From: Octopus vulgaris | Taxonomy: Eukaryota | Direction of reading: 5' to 3' | Assembly: GCA_951406725.2 (NCBI GenBank) | Contig: OX597814.1 | Span: forward strand, 70,742,001 to 70,806,000 | DNA: 64,000 nucleotides | Part shown: one piece after another, positions 26,104 to 39,300 of the stretch | Numbering within the stretch: the first letter of the stretch is position 1 | How the letters are laid out: every line of letters starts with the position of its first letter | The notes under the pieces: model-generated | What the model was told of the DNA's origin: nothing | Database searches by the model: none | What the model saw: the letters and a program-made list of their open reading frames with translations, nothing else | Made by a program: the position numbers and the translations under genes

Positions 26104-26188
26104 CTTTTCCTGATGAGAAAGCGGCATAATATACTCCTTATTCCTTCGCAATTAAGAATATGCAGCCTTCGAAACATATGTCAAAAAT
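26104..26188 (+). ncRNA. Type-I hammerhead ribozyme, extended stem II, weak stem I
   Basis: cttttc CTGATGA gaaagcggcata...tatgcagccttc GAAAC atat GTC aaaaa. Confidence 0.7.
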
Positions 26189-26229
26189 AAAGGAATTTTG
26201 TTAATTCGTCGTTCAACTCCATTCTTTCA

Positions 26230-26282
<53 letters not shown>

Positions 26283-26469
26283 ATATGTATATAAAGATAC
26301 TAAATATGCATTAAGTGAACACTAAAAGCAATACTTAAATTATTCAATACTTTAAAATTAATTAATATACACAATGCTAGTACAAGTTATTAAAATTGTA
26401 ATCAAAATAAGAAATGGTTCAAATATAGACAAACTCATTAAATAAGCTAACTATATAATTAATATATGT

Positions 26470-26878
26470 ACTCTTTTACTCTTTTACTTGTTTCAGTCAT
26501 TTGACTGCGGCCATGCTGGAGCACCGCCTTTATTCGAGCAAATCGACCCCGGACTTATTCTTTGTAAGCCCAGTACTTATTCTATAGGTCTCTTTTGCCG
26601 AACCGCTAAGTGACGGGGATGTAAACACACCAGCATCGGTTGTCAAGCAATGCTAGGGAGACAAACACAGACACACAAACACACACATACATATACATAT
26701 ATATACATATATACGACAGGCTTCTTTCAGTTTCCGTCTACCAAATCCACTCACAAGGCATTGGTCGGCCCGGGGCTATAGCAGAAGACACTTGCCCAAG
26801 GTGCCACGCAGTGGGACTGAACCCGGAACCATGTGGTTGGTTAGCAAGCTACTTACTACATAGCCACTCCTGCGCCTA
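26470..26878 (-). mobile_element. tRNA-derived SINE (full head), same family as 19959-20365
   Basis: Minus strand ggcgcaggagtggctatgtagtaag...ggttccgggttcagtccc...; tail (gagtaaaa)n. Confidence 0.8.
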
Positions 26879-26879
26879 T

Positions 26880-27061
26880 ATGTGTAGTATCTATAGATTT
26901 AATATATCACTCTATAATATAGTTGACTAAATATCAATTAATATAATACCTAATTATCTTAAAGTTAATACTACTTAATAAATATACCACCTAATAATTA
27001 AATAATATATTGTCTAACAAAATTAATTCTCAAATTAAATTAAATGTAATACGTTAGATCT

Positions 27062-27100
<39 letters not shown>

Positions 27101-28450
27101 CTAAATAAACAGATATAAGAATTAATATCTATCGTAACATATAAAAATGATATAATGGCGAGAATTATTTGCTAATGGAAAGTAAGAAACATTTAAGCCC
27201 CATAAATTAAAGAAAGATGCAAGAATATTAGAACCAATGAACAATACACTATGAAGATTTTCAATCACAATCACCAGTCCACTACAAATCCAGTCAATAA
27301 CAATAATAATAATAACAACGATCAAACTCAAAATAATACAAGATCCAAATAATATTGATAAACAAACTATGTTACGAAGTTCAACGATTAAATTAATCTA
27401 TCTGGATTTTAAATGTATAAATATGTTTTAGTGTCTAATTAATATATCCAATGCTATTACCAGTCATGAATGATACACTCAAAAATAGGAAAAAGTTCAA
27501 ATATATACAAATCCATTATATAAACTAATTATATTATTAATATCTATGTGTAATATCTATAGATTTAATACTTCACACGATATTAAAGTTAAACATAATA
27601 TTAATATTATTTAAAATAAAAACTAATTTACTTAAATGTAATACTACTTAATAAAAATATTACCTAATTATTAAAAAATATATAGCCTAACGAAACTAAT
27701 TCTCAAATTAAATTATATGGAAAACGTTAAATTGCTACATAAACATTAAGATATCATATCTAATATCGAACTTGAAAAATAACTATCAAGAAACTATAAA
27801 TGAATAATAATATTACAACAACAATAATAATAACAACAAAAATAACAATAATTTCAAATCCAAAAAGATTCCAAATTCAAATGAAATAGATAAACGATAA
27901 AATGAAACTTATCTTGGCGAAGGAAACTAGTAACTGAATTTTAAACATAAGATAGTTAAAGCGTTTATAAAATTTAGCGCGTGAAGACTTAGTGCAAAGA
28001 AATAGAATAAATACTCAATGAAAATGGCAAATTTTTTTATCAATGAAAAATACGAAAAAATATTTAAGCCTCATGAACTAAAGAAATGTGATAAAAAACA
28101 CAACTTATGGAGAAACTACCATGAAGACACCCAACTACAACTAACCGACCCCTATTAATAAATCGATAACAATATTAACAACAGCTAAATATTAATCCCA
28201 AAACAATACCAAATCCAAACGAAATGGAGAAAAGAACGTTGCTTAGTTAGCTGAGAAAGTATCACTAGATTATAAACGGAAAGAATAGTTCTTAGCGTTT
28301 ATAAGAAATAAAAGGCGTGGATACGATGCGTAGAAAAATAGAATAAAATTATTAATGAAAAAGACTAAAAAGAATTTATTAATGAAAAAAACGGGAATTA
28401 TTTAAGCTTCATGAATCAAAGAAAATTAATAAGAATAGTAAAAATAGTAT
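26880..28450. repeat. Diverged AT-rich tandem duplications, probably PLE 3' region
   Basis: tatctatagatttaata...aattctcaaattaaatt at ~26888 and ~27554; atttaagcc..catgaa..aagaaa occurs three times. Confidence 0.55.
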
Positions 28451-29029
28451 AAGTATTACTTGTTCATCAAAACTACCTGGACCCTACATCAAGCCGTACG
28501 CAATTATTATTATCATTATTATTATTATTACTATTATCATTATAAATATCATTATTATTACCATCACTACCACTAACCCAAACCACAACAAACCGCCAAC
28601 GATCGCTAAATTAATTCACAGCCTACATTCAACCCTTCCAATATTCTCCAACACATGAAGCCCAAACTCATCTCAAACTCACCATCAACAAATATTATTC
28701 GTCATTTTGTTTAAAATATTAATATAACATATAATAATATAGTAAAATATACTCTAATACTATTAAATAATATCTACAATAAATAAATAAACCACATAAG
28801 ACGAAATAAGGTTTAATAATACTAAAGATAAGTTAAATGTAATATATAGGTACATAAAATTAATATAGCATTTAATTTAAATGACTATTTACTTTAAATT
28901 TAAAGTCTAAATAATAAGTAATTCAATCAACTACATATATATTATGTTGAAATTAATTTATATTACTATAATAAATTTTTACTTAAAAATAATATAATTA
29001 TTTATTCATTAGCTAAATCTATTATAAAG

Positions 29030-29774
29030 GTACTTTAATTTATGTTTACATTTAACTTTACGTTCCTCCAAAGAGTTTAACAACGCATAATTGTTATGAA
29101 ATAATATTTCCTTAAATTCGATATTACAAAGAGAACAATTATTTCTCCCTATAGTATACGATTTAGCCTTACAAATAATATCCCAATTTAATTTATATTT
29201 AATAGATCTAGATTTAAGGTCTCAGATATATTTACTGAGACCTGTTGAATTTATAAGATTTTTATTCCCAAAAGAATACATATGTTGAGAAATTCTAGTT
29301 TTAATTTTATTCAAAGTATTTATATAAGTAGTATTTAAATTACGATAATTCAAATTCTTATCATCTATTATAGTTACCATACACATATAGACTACATTAT
29401 CTAAATTACAATAATTAGTAAATTTAAATGTAGACTTGTTCCTACATGTACAATAAATTAACTATTGTTCTTTATTATTATTATTTGAATCGATATATAA
29501 TCTATCTTTATAAAATTTCTTTAATTTAAAAATATTACATGAAGAAATAATATTACCAACATTATTAGTAGTCGAATAACCAACTCCAAAATTATCTTTA
29601 GAAAAAAATATTAAAATATTTTTTATTATCCCTAATAAATACTTCAATTATATTTAAAATCTCTTTAATAAGATTTGTTTTAACCTGAGCCCCAAAAGGA
29701 ATGATTAACCAAATTTTATTTTAATTTTCATTGATAATTATGTTTTATATTATGATTATAATTATAATTATAAC

Positions 29775-29831
<57 letters not shown>

Positions 29832-31600
29832 CATTATTATTATAACTATCGTTATTATTACTATAATTATTTGTAATATTATTAAATTTATTATCTTCAT
29901 TAAGTGAATTGAATTTTATATTATTTTTATTTTTATTATTATTACTATTCTTTTTATTTTTATTCTAATATTAAATTTATGATTTACATCATCAAAATTC
30001 CTATTATTATTAAGACGATAAGTACCTAAATAAAATTTATCATAATTCAGATAATTAGGTTCATTATAAAAACCATTAAAACTATTACCTTTTAAATTAT
30101 AATTATGTTTCCTAATATTAAAGAATTTAATATTATTGTATCCTGCCTCATCCAAGGCTTTATTATAATAAGGTGCATGTTTATTAAAAGTCTCTAAATC
30201 ATAAGAAAGTGATGATATTCTTTTACCTACATTGTTTATGAACGATTTTTTAATAGAAGGTGGATGATTAGTATAAGCATTAATATATCTGAGATTTTCA
30301 TTAATTTTATGGAATGGTTGGGTTTTACCCGTTATTAAATTAAAATTAACATCTAAATAATTAACATTATAGTTCTCATTATAAATAGTAATACTTAAAC
30401 CATTTCTTTTAAAGAAATTATAGAGTTTCTTTTTATATAATTCTAATTTTCTATTAGTACAATCCCTAGTAAGTAATAAAAGGTCATCCCTATATAAACC
30501 ACCCTCCAAATTTAAATTTTCTAATTGAAGTTCTGATAATAAATAAATACCTACTAAATCAGTAGCCTGAGCAGAATCTGGTGCCCCCATAGATATATCA
30601 AAAAAGTTTCTAGTATCCTTCCTAACCCATAATGTATTATTATATCTAATTAACGATTTCCGAGCCAATTTAATAACATTAACTTCATCTATAGTCATTC
30701 CTACCTTATTCATTGCCAATATAAGGGCTTTATTAAGTACGATCTCATTAATAGAAGAATAATAATTATCTATTTCAATTTGAATGAATTTATATTTATT
30801 TTTATCATTAGCATTATAAAACCATTTTAAAGTATCATTAGTACAGTTCCAAAGTTTAAGGTAATTAAATTCATTTAACCTATTAATGTATTTATCCAGA
30901 ATAATTTTACTTAATTTACCTAAATCAGATTTACATGGACAAATTAATCTAACCTTAGGGTCAGAGTAAAAATTATCTTTATGGTCTTTCAAAGTTATTC
31001 TAAGATGCATAGGTACATAAGGTTCAGTTTTATTATCCAAATTATATTTCATCATTATTAATTTAGAGGCTTTATTTATATTATAGAGAGTATTTTCTGG
31101 AACAATTTTATATTTGTTATTTATTTCTTTTTTTAATAGGAAATCATATAATTTAATATCTATTTTGTAGAGGTTCTTGGTTTTATCTGATTTTACTATG
31201 ATACCTTCCATATTTCACATTTAAAAAATTTTAATAGCTAAATTTCTTAAATATTCGTTATGTCTATTTGGGTATTTATGAAATTTAATATTTTTCATTA
31301 CCTTCCAAATATCATCCTCTAAAATCTGTATTTCTCTATTATTTGGGGGTTCCTTCCTAGATTTAAATTTGGAATTAATGTAATTATTAGTATCTACATC
31401 ATTAATGTTGTTATTATTAAAATAGTAGGCTTTCCATTTAATTCTATTAATAAAATCTTTAATATTATTAATAAGTTTTAAAATATATTCCTTTCTAGAT
31501 GGTATAGGAGTATCCTTCAAAGATGAATTCCAAAAGAGTGGTTCTATTTTACCTGTAAGTTCCATAACCGACGATAATGAGAGTAATTTCTCAGAAACGT
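29030..31600 (-). mobile_element. Near full-length degenerate Naiad-type PLE (RT + C-terminal GIY-YIG)
   Basis: NSSLKDTPIPS...RIKWKAY; KSDKT, TLKDHKDNF..PKVRLICPCKSDLG, MGAPDSA, GLYRDD, NYLDV; GIY-YIG 29030-29460 (CTCRNK...VVYMC...STGLSKYI...CSLC...CKH). Confidence 0.9.
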
Positions 31601-31694
31601 TAGTTATAAATATAATAATAATAATTATTTGAGGGAATATTAATCCTAACTTACAGGGAAAAAATTCAATTTAGAAATACTAAATCAAATTTAG

Positions 31695-31771
<77 letters not shown>

Positions 31772-33021
31772 GCATGTGCGTGTGTGTAGATAGATAGATA
31801 GGCAATTGGTATTCAGGGGCTTAAAGCTTGTACATGACAGCAAACTAACTTAAAAATCGTGAATTCAATGTTTGTATGGTGGGGGTTTAATATTTTTATT
31901 ATCTTCAATCAATAGATTTCAGACGCTGTCCGTTAAGTAAAGGGAGGGGGAAAGGGAAATATAGTATCTCTTCTCTTAAGTCATCATCTTCGTCGCAGAT
32001 GCCTGTATCAATTAGTTTCATCTCCTATACTCATTCCTGGCAGTTACATAGACACATGAGACACAGCTAATCTCTTTACCCCAACCCCACTATCTGTCAA
32101 GCTCTCACCGTCTCTGTACTGACCACGAAATCTTCGCAGCAACTCATTGCACATTTACGTATAATGCAACAAGCCCCACACCTAATGCACTCTATGGTCC
32201 TTCAAGTCATCTGACTTGCCGATGTTCCTCTTGTTTTATAATTATCCCTGACAAAATATGCGTTTAACTCCTGGCTTGGAATCTGATTGAATCCATCATC
32301 TTTGGTATATCCTTCTGCATACCAAAACTCACAACATCTAAGTCACCTAAGTGATTCACACATAGCTGTGGGTAAAGCGAAGAACATTGTCAATACAGCC
32401 TGGGGAAAATCATAAAAATTGGACGGCTTTTACAAATTTGTGAAATCCAAGATCGTTTGAACCGCGAAAATTACCTCTGTGAATCGAATTGCGCCGATCC
32501 TATTATGTCTCCCAACTTTGCTCTATCCTATTTTTTTCCACTTCACAGCAACGAAGACTAGTACTACTTTGGAAAACAACTTCACATTTGCTGCTCACTT
32601 TGTTATTCTACACTGCATACACTAGTTAAAACTCTTCCATCACGACCTCTTCCACTCGACCAGGCTCATCACTACAAATACTTTTAGTGAAAAAACACTT
32701 CCGGTCGCTTCTATCCAAATAAGATCACTATTCCCGACAATGTCATTTCCATTTTTCTCAGAGAAAGCGCCCAAGAGGAAACCTGTATATCATCAAACTC
32801 CTCCTATATCATCAAACTCCTCTCCTATGTCTGTCTATCTGCCGGTCGATTTCTCTGTCTCTCTCTCTCTGTCTATCTCTCCCTTTCGCTCTCCAAGGAA
32901 ATTTACTAACTTTTGGAAACACGCTACAGTTTCTCATTCTCAAGTTGGTGAACCCCTCTGACCCCAGAAATTTTCATCGTATCACTCACATACACGCTTA
33001 CACACACTCATCCTTCCCCCC

Positions 33022-33054
<33 letters not shown>

Positions 33055-33069
33055 GTACACCTTTCTACT

Positions 33070-33460
33070 CTAGGCAGAAGGCCCGAAACTTTGGGGGAGG
33101 GGGCCAGTCGATTAGATCGATCCCAGTACGCAACCGGTAATTAATTTATCGACCGCGAAAGGATGAAAGGCAAAGTCGAACTCGGCGGAATTTGAACATA
33201 GAATGTAAAGGCAGACGAAATACCTATTTCTTTACTACTCACAAGGGGCTAAACACAGAGAGGACAAACAAGGACAGACAAATGGATTAAGTTGATTTTA
33301 TCGACCCCAGTGAGTAACTGGTACTCAATTTATCGACCCCGAAAGGATGAAAGGCAAAGTCGACCTCGGCGGAATTTGAACTCAGAACGTAACGGCAGAC
33401 GAAATATCACTAAGCATTTTGCCCGGCGTGCTAACGTTTCATTCAGCTCGCCGCCTTTAC
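33070..33460 (-). mobile_element. tRNA-derived SINE with Meta-like central domain (two nested or tandem pieces)
   Basis: Minus strand aaggcggcgagctg...gagttcaaattcc...gactttgcctttcatcctttcggggtcgataaa; repeated at 41199, 42725 and 52950. Confidence 0.75.
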
Positions 33461-33959
33461 CATATGAAAATATTGGAAGACAACTCTATTGGTCAGTTCA
33501 GGTCACGTTGATAGCCTGATCAAAGAGTGATATACTACTGTGTGGTAGTGTAGACACTAGTGATTGTATGAAGCTGCTTCATATGGCGAGGTAGCTTGTC
33601 TTGTTGCCTGTCATAAATGTGTAGATTTAGCTGATTGCTGACTGATCAGGGTGACGATGCGCAGAAGAGAAATAATCTCGTTCAGAGTCAGGGCCAAGTT
33701 GGTCTTTCCAGAGAATCAGTGGCCAATCACTTGACTTCATCAAAAGAACGTGCAATAACCAGGTGGTAAGATTTCTAAAGTTACAAGTTGGGATATAAAT
33801 GTGTTTGTTTCTTTTGTAGTGTATGATGCACGGTTAGCATTTGATGTTATGGACATTAAAAGTTTATGATACTTATGAGTATTTGGAAAATGTCTAATAA
33901 AGAATTAGAAGCCCCTAGTTGTATTAGCAAATATTCTAGAATTTAGAGAGGTTCGAACC

Positions 33960-34290
33960 ATTTTCTAGCTCTGTTCAGGTTTGAGGTTGGGATGGAATGA
34001 CTAACTTAGAAATAAAACCATTCCTTGCTAATACTTCAATACAATAATGAACAATCAATAAATTAATGATTTTTCTGCAGATAACTTTTAGGCTTCTAAT
34101 TACAGGTAGGGTGGTGAGGATGTCTCCTAAAGAAAACATATCACTCGTTTTTATAGGATAATATTTATCTGACTCAAGATCTAATGTGCAACCCAGGAAG
34201 TTGACAATGTCTAAGTTAGTGGTAATAGTAAGAGTTATACTTTCGGCAAATTCTTTTAATTGCTTATTATAAGATTCAACAAGAAATGAT
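33960..34290 (-). pseudogene. Degenerate Naiad-type RT fragment
   Basis: TITTNLDIVNFLGCTLDLESDKYYP. Confidence 0.6.
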
Positions 34291-34293
34291 CCA

Positions 34294-34332
<39 letters not shown>

Positions 34333-34516
34333 TAAGCAATAAAGGGTTTAGCAACGAATTGCCTTACCACATACCGAATTTAGAAATAGCAGTCAAAGAG
34401 TTATAGCTATTTCTTCTACTAAAAGGGAGATCTCAGTAAAAACAGCAATTGGAAGGCAGGCACAAACAGGTAAGAGAGAATGAATTGACGGCAATCTATC
34501 ATACAATTTTAAGTTA

Positions 34517-34617
34517 TCTACGGACGTACGTTTCGAAATCAAGTCTTTAGGAAAGCATAAGAATTAAATATTAAATAATTCTATCTTACCAAAAACTTCT
34601 TTTCTCTTCAGCGTAGA
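34517..34617 (-). ncRNA. Type-I hammerhead ribozyme
   Basis: Reverse complement of 35877-35977. Confidence 0.85.
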
Positions 34618-35110
34618 ATACTATAATCATAAATGATTATATATTGAATTTTGAGATACTAGAAGGCACCAACTCAACTCAGTATCAGAGCGAGCTAGAA
34701 TCCGCAACTAGTATCACCAAATTCAATGTGTGAATGAAAAGATTGTGTCACCAGCCCCTTCCCACCCGCGTGTAGCCAAAACAAGATGCTGTGGTCATCT
34801 ACTGAGATAAAATATGGTTATCCGTAATAATGAAGGGTGAAATTAATTAATTTGGAATAATTATCAATTACACCAAGTAGTCTTCGGCATGTAAAAGCCT
34901 CATTCGAGGAAAATTTAAGTAATACTAAGCAATAAAGGGTTTAGCAACGAATTGCCTTACCACATACCGAATTTAGAAATAGCAGTCAAAGAGTTATAGC
35001 TATTTCTTCTACTAAAAAGGGAGATCTCAGTAAAAACAGCAATTGGAAGGCAGACACAAACAGGTAAGAGAGAATGAATTGACGGCAATCTATCATACAA
35101 TTTTAAGTTA

Positions 35111-35211
35111 TCTACGGACGTACGTTTCGAAATCAAGTCTTTAGGAAAGCATAAGAATTAAATATTAAATAATTCTATCTTACCAAAAACTTCTTTTCTC
35201 TTCAGCGTAGA
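35111..35211 (-). ncRNA. Type-I hammerhead ribozyme
   Basis: Reverse complement of 35877-35977. Confidence 0.85.
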
Positions 35212-35876
35212 ATACTATAATCATAAATGATTATATATTGAATTTTGAGATACTAGAAGGCACCAACTCAACTCAGTATCAGAGCGAGCTAGAATCCGCA
35301 ACTAGTATCACCAAATTCAATGTGTGAATGAAAAGATTGTGTCACCAGCCCCTTCCCACCCGCGTGTAGCCAAAACAAGTAGATAACTTAAAATTGTATG
35401 ATAGATTGCCGTCAATTCATTCTCTCTTACCTGTTTGTGTCTGCCTTCCAATTGCTGTTTTTACTGAGATCTCCCTTTTTAGTAGAAGAAATAGCTATAA
35501 CTCTTTGACTGCTATTTCTAAATTCGGTATGTGGTAAGGCAATTCGTTGCTAAACCCTTTATTGCTTAGTATTACTTAAATTTTCCTCGAATGAGGCTTT
35601 TACATGCCGAAGACTACTTGGTGTAATTGATAATTATTCCAAATTAATTAATTTCACCCTTCATTATTACGGATAACCATATTTTATCTCAGTAGATGAC
35701 CACAGCATCTTGTTTTGGCTACACGCGGGTGGGAAGGGGCTGGTGACACAATCTTTTCATTCACACATTGAATTTGGTGATACTAGTTGCGGATTCTAGC
35801 TCGCTCTGATACTGAGTTGAGTTGGTGCCTTCTAGTATCTCAAAATTCAATATATAATCATTTATGATTATAGTAT

Positions 35877-35977
35877 TCTACGCTGAAGAGAAAAGAAGTT
35901 TTTGGTAAGATAGAATTATTTAATATTTAATTCTTATGCTTTCCTAAAGACTTGATTTCGAAACGTACGTCCGTAGA
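35877..35977 (+). ncRNA. Type-I hammerhead ribozyme, ~70-nt stem II, predicted cleavage after 35971
   Basis: tctacg CTGAAGA gaaaagaagtttttgg...cctaaagacttgatttc GAAAC gtac GTC cgtaga; perfect 6-bp stem I. Confidence 0.85.
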
Positions 35978-36270
35978 TAACTTAAAATTGTATGATAGAT
36001 TGCCGTCAATTCATTCTCTCTTACCTGTTTGTGTCTGCCTTCCAATTGCTGTTTTTACTGAAATCTCCCTTTTTAGTAGAAGAAATAGCTATAACTCTTT
36101 GACTGCTATTTCTAAATTCGGTATGTGGTAAGGCAATTCGTTGCTAAACCCTTTATTGCTTAGTATTACTTAAATTTTCCTCGAATGAGGCTTTTACATG
36201 CCGAAGACTACTTGGTGTAATTGATAATTATTCCAAATTAATTAATTTCACCCTTCATTATTACGGATAA

Positions 36271-36359
<89 letters not shown>

Positions 36360-36391
36360 CGTGTGTGTGTATTATTATTATTATTATTATT

Positions 36392-39300
36392 TTAAATAAA
36401 ATATGGTCTGTTGTCTTCTGCTGAACTGGGGTCATCCCTTGACCCTAGGTTCACGGAGGTACACAGCATAAAATGTGTGCGGAACCTAGCAACACTATTT
36501 TCTGAAGTTCTCCCACGTAAACACTGCAAAGGAGTTTGTTGAACTGCTTATCAAGGCCCCTTTTAATTAGTCCTAACGCTCCAATCACTACTGGTGCTGT
36601 GCTGCTTTTCATTCCCCACATTTTGGTCACTTCTATTTCTACTCAAATAACTTCTCAACTTCTTTAATGGACACATTTCTCTCTGATGGTACTGTCACAT
36701 CTATCATTAAGCATTTCTTATTCTTCTCATCTTTGATGATTATGTTCGGCCTGTTTGCCTTGATTTCTTTATCGGTGTTGATTGACATGTCCCAGAGTAC
36801 TGTTACATCATCTTTTCCCGTCACAGTTTCAGGTTTATGCTGGTACCATCTTTCTGAAGTTGGAGGCTGGTAGTGTTTACATATCTTCCAATGGACATAT
36901 TGCGCTACTCTATCGTATCTATGAATATATTCGGTTTTTGCAAGCGCTGTGCATCCAGTTAAGATGTGGTTCACTGTTTCATCCTGCTCATGACACATTC
37001 TGCATTTCGGGTCAGTGTCATCGTTCATTATTTTGTTGTGGTAAGCCCTGGTTGCCAAGGTTTGATCTTGTGCTGCCATGATAAAATCTTCAGTTTCAGC
37101 CTTCAGTCCTGAGATCTTCATCCATACATGAGTGTCTCGTTTTTCTACGGCTAGTTTGTTCACTCTACATGGGTATCAGCCATGCATCGGTTTTTGTAGC
37201 CATTCTTCTTTGCTCTTCTTCTGGGTTTGTTTTTTCATTTCTTCCTTATCTCTTTTAGCAAACTGGGTTACTTTCTCACTCGCCTTCATCCTAGGTTCCA
37301 CCGTCATCAGTTGTTTCTTAAACTGTACAGAATCTTTGTATACCGAGTATAGCTTCTTTACTTTATCATGCGGGTGCACAAGCTTCATTAGAGGATCTTT
37401 TGACAGCTCAAGATATGTATTTAATACTAGAGTGATGATTTTGTAAGATAATTCTAATTGAGTTAGTCCTCTTCCACCCATACCCCTAGGTAAATAAATC
37501 CTGTTCACGTCTGCTTTTGGATGGTTCCTTCGAGCCATGGTCAGTAGTTTTCTGGTCTTGGAGTCTAGCTTCTTTATTTCGCTCATTTGCCAGTTGATTA
37601 TGTTGAAACTGTAAGCTGTGATTGGTACTGTAAGAGTGTTAATGGCTTCTATTTTGTTTGCAGCGTTGAGTTCAGTCTTTGTTACTAACCGTACTCTCCC
37701 GTAGTACTCTTTTCTAATCCTTTTCATTCGTTTTATGCCGTTACTTTCGTCTGTGCCAAGGTATTTATATGCTTCTTCCTGGTCTAGTGCTCGGTTTCTT
37801 GCTTCTGTACCTAGGTGAATATCCGCAGAACATGCCAGTTTGCCTCTTATGAAAGTAGTTTTAGCGCATTTCTCCAGTCCAAACTGCATCCTGATATCAT
37901 TACTGAACTTTTTAACCGTAGCAAGTAGACTTTGTTGTTCGTCATTTTTTTAGTACATTTTCAGATCATCCATGTAGAACAGATGACTCCCTTTTTTCTT
38001 CTTGATCTCATATCCATATTCGGTTTTGTTGAGTATGGTACTTAATGGTGCCAGTGCCAAGTAGAATATTAAAGGTAACAGCGAGTCCGCTTGTAAGATA
38101 CCACTTTTGATTTTGATTGGTCTGCTTGTTATTGATCCACTGGAATGGTTCAGCATCAACGTAGTTTCCCATGTATTCATGCTGTGTTTCATAAACTTGA
38201 TGAGAGTTGAGGATACTTTGGGTACTTCCACTACTTTCAGAATCCATGAGTGAGGTACACTATCAAACACCTTTTTATAGTCAATCCATGATGTGCTCGT
38301 TTTTCTGGTTTTGCAGTCTTCAAGGATCATTTTGTTTATCAGCAATTGGTCCTTGCATCCGTAGCTCCCTCTTCGACAACCTTTTTGTTCTGGTGGTAGT
38401 AGGTTGTTTTCTTCTAGGAGTGTGATTACAGATGTTAATCTTTTATACATTGTTGGTAGACAGGTGATTGGTCTATAGTTCTTTGGGTTTTCTGTGTCAT
38501 TTGATTTTGGTATTAGGTATGTCACTCCCTGTGTCAACCAGTCTGGGCTATTTTCTGGGTTTTTCATGATTTCGTTGTATGCTGATGACATATCTCCATG
38601 TATATCAACTAGCTGTTTGATACAGAAGTTTGGTACTCGATCTATTCCTGGTGACTTCAAATTGCTGGTCTTTTTCAGGGCCAGGGTGACCTCCTCCTTT
38701 TGAATATCTTCTCATTCCTGTACTTCTTTATTTTCCATGAGTGTTTCTTGTTCCTTAATCCATTCTGCATCTTCATTATGTTGTTTTTCACTTTCCCTTA
38801 TCGTACTCCAGAAATTTTCCATATCCCCTTTCTTTGGCGATTGTTCAAAATTTATTTGTTGTTTACCGAGTTCCCTGTAAAAATTCTTTCCATCTTCTTT
38901 AAATAATTTGTTTTGTCTAAATTGTTTGCTTCTCTTTATATATCGTGACAGTCGCTGTGCCTTTGCTTGGAGTTTTTGCTTTAGGTTTTCTTTTGTTTCA
39001 GGTATTTCATATTTTTGTTTGATGCCATGCATATTTTCTTGGCTTTTCTTTGGTTGACTTGGTTTCCGATATTTATTTCGGTCAGTATTGATAGGTCGCC
39101 TCTTATGCATTGTATATCCTTTTCTAAGTTTTCTTTCCATTTTGGTTGACTTTTCTTCTATTGAGCAATTTTCTTTTAAAGTTTGCCTTTTGCTTCAGTA
39201 ATAGCTGCAGCTGTAGCATAGGCTAGTTGGTTTCGCGATGTTATATTTAGTGGTTCTATTGTTGCTGATTTTATCTCATCTGTTACATTATTGCCAATTT

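Larger units (their letters stand above)
24160..26240 (+). mobile_element. Naiad-type PLE 3' portion with pseudo-LTR
   Basis: IWFVIPFG...VRIAFSNTRNL, Asn-rich linker, GIY-YIG and HHR; related to the 6392-8353 element. Confidence 0.85.
34331..36273. mobile_element. Non-coding ~594-bp HHR-bearing repeat: ~1.8 units on minus strand (34331-35379), ~1.5 units on plus strand (35379-36273), inside (TA)n
   Basis: actaagcaataaaggg at 34331 and 34924; inverted copies after 35379; no ORF of 60 aa or more in the track; three HHRs. Confidence 0.9.

Noticed and set aside
29030-31223. In-frame TGA codons in the Naiad as selenocysteine (known in some Naiads)
   Set aside because: One TGA is at a conserved Trp position and the other lies next to a TAA; the copy is degenerate and no SECIS was identified by eye
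32000-32750. Possible very old LINE (I/Nimb-like) remnant on minus strand
   Set aside because: Only faint similarity across broken frames
35588-35615. SECIS-like ATGA...GA motif in the HHR repeat
   Set aside because: Helix of only 3 bp, no apical AA motif and no ORF
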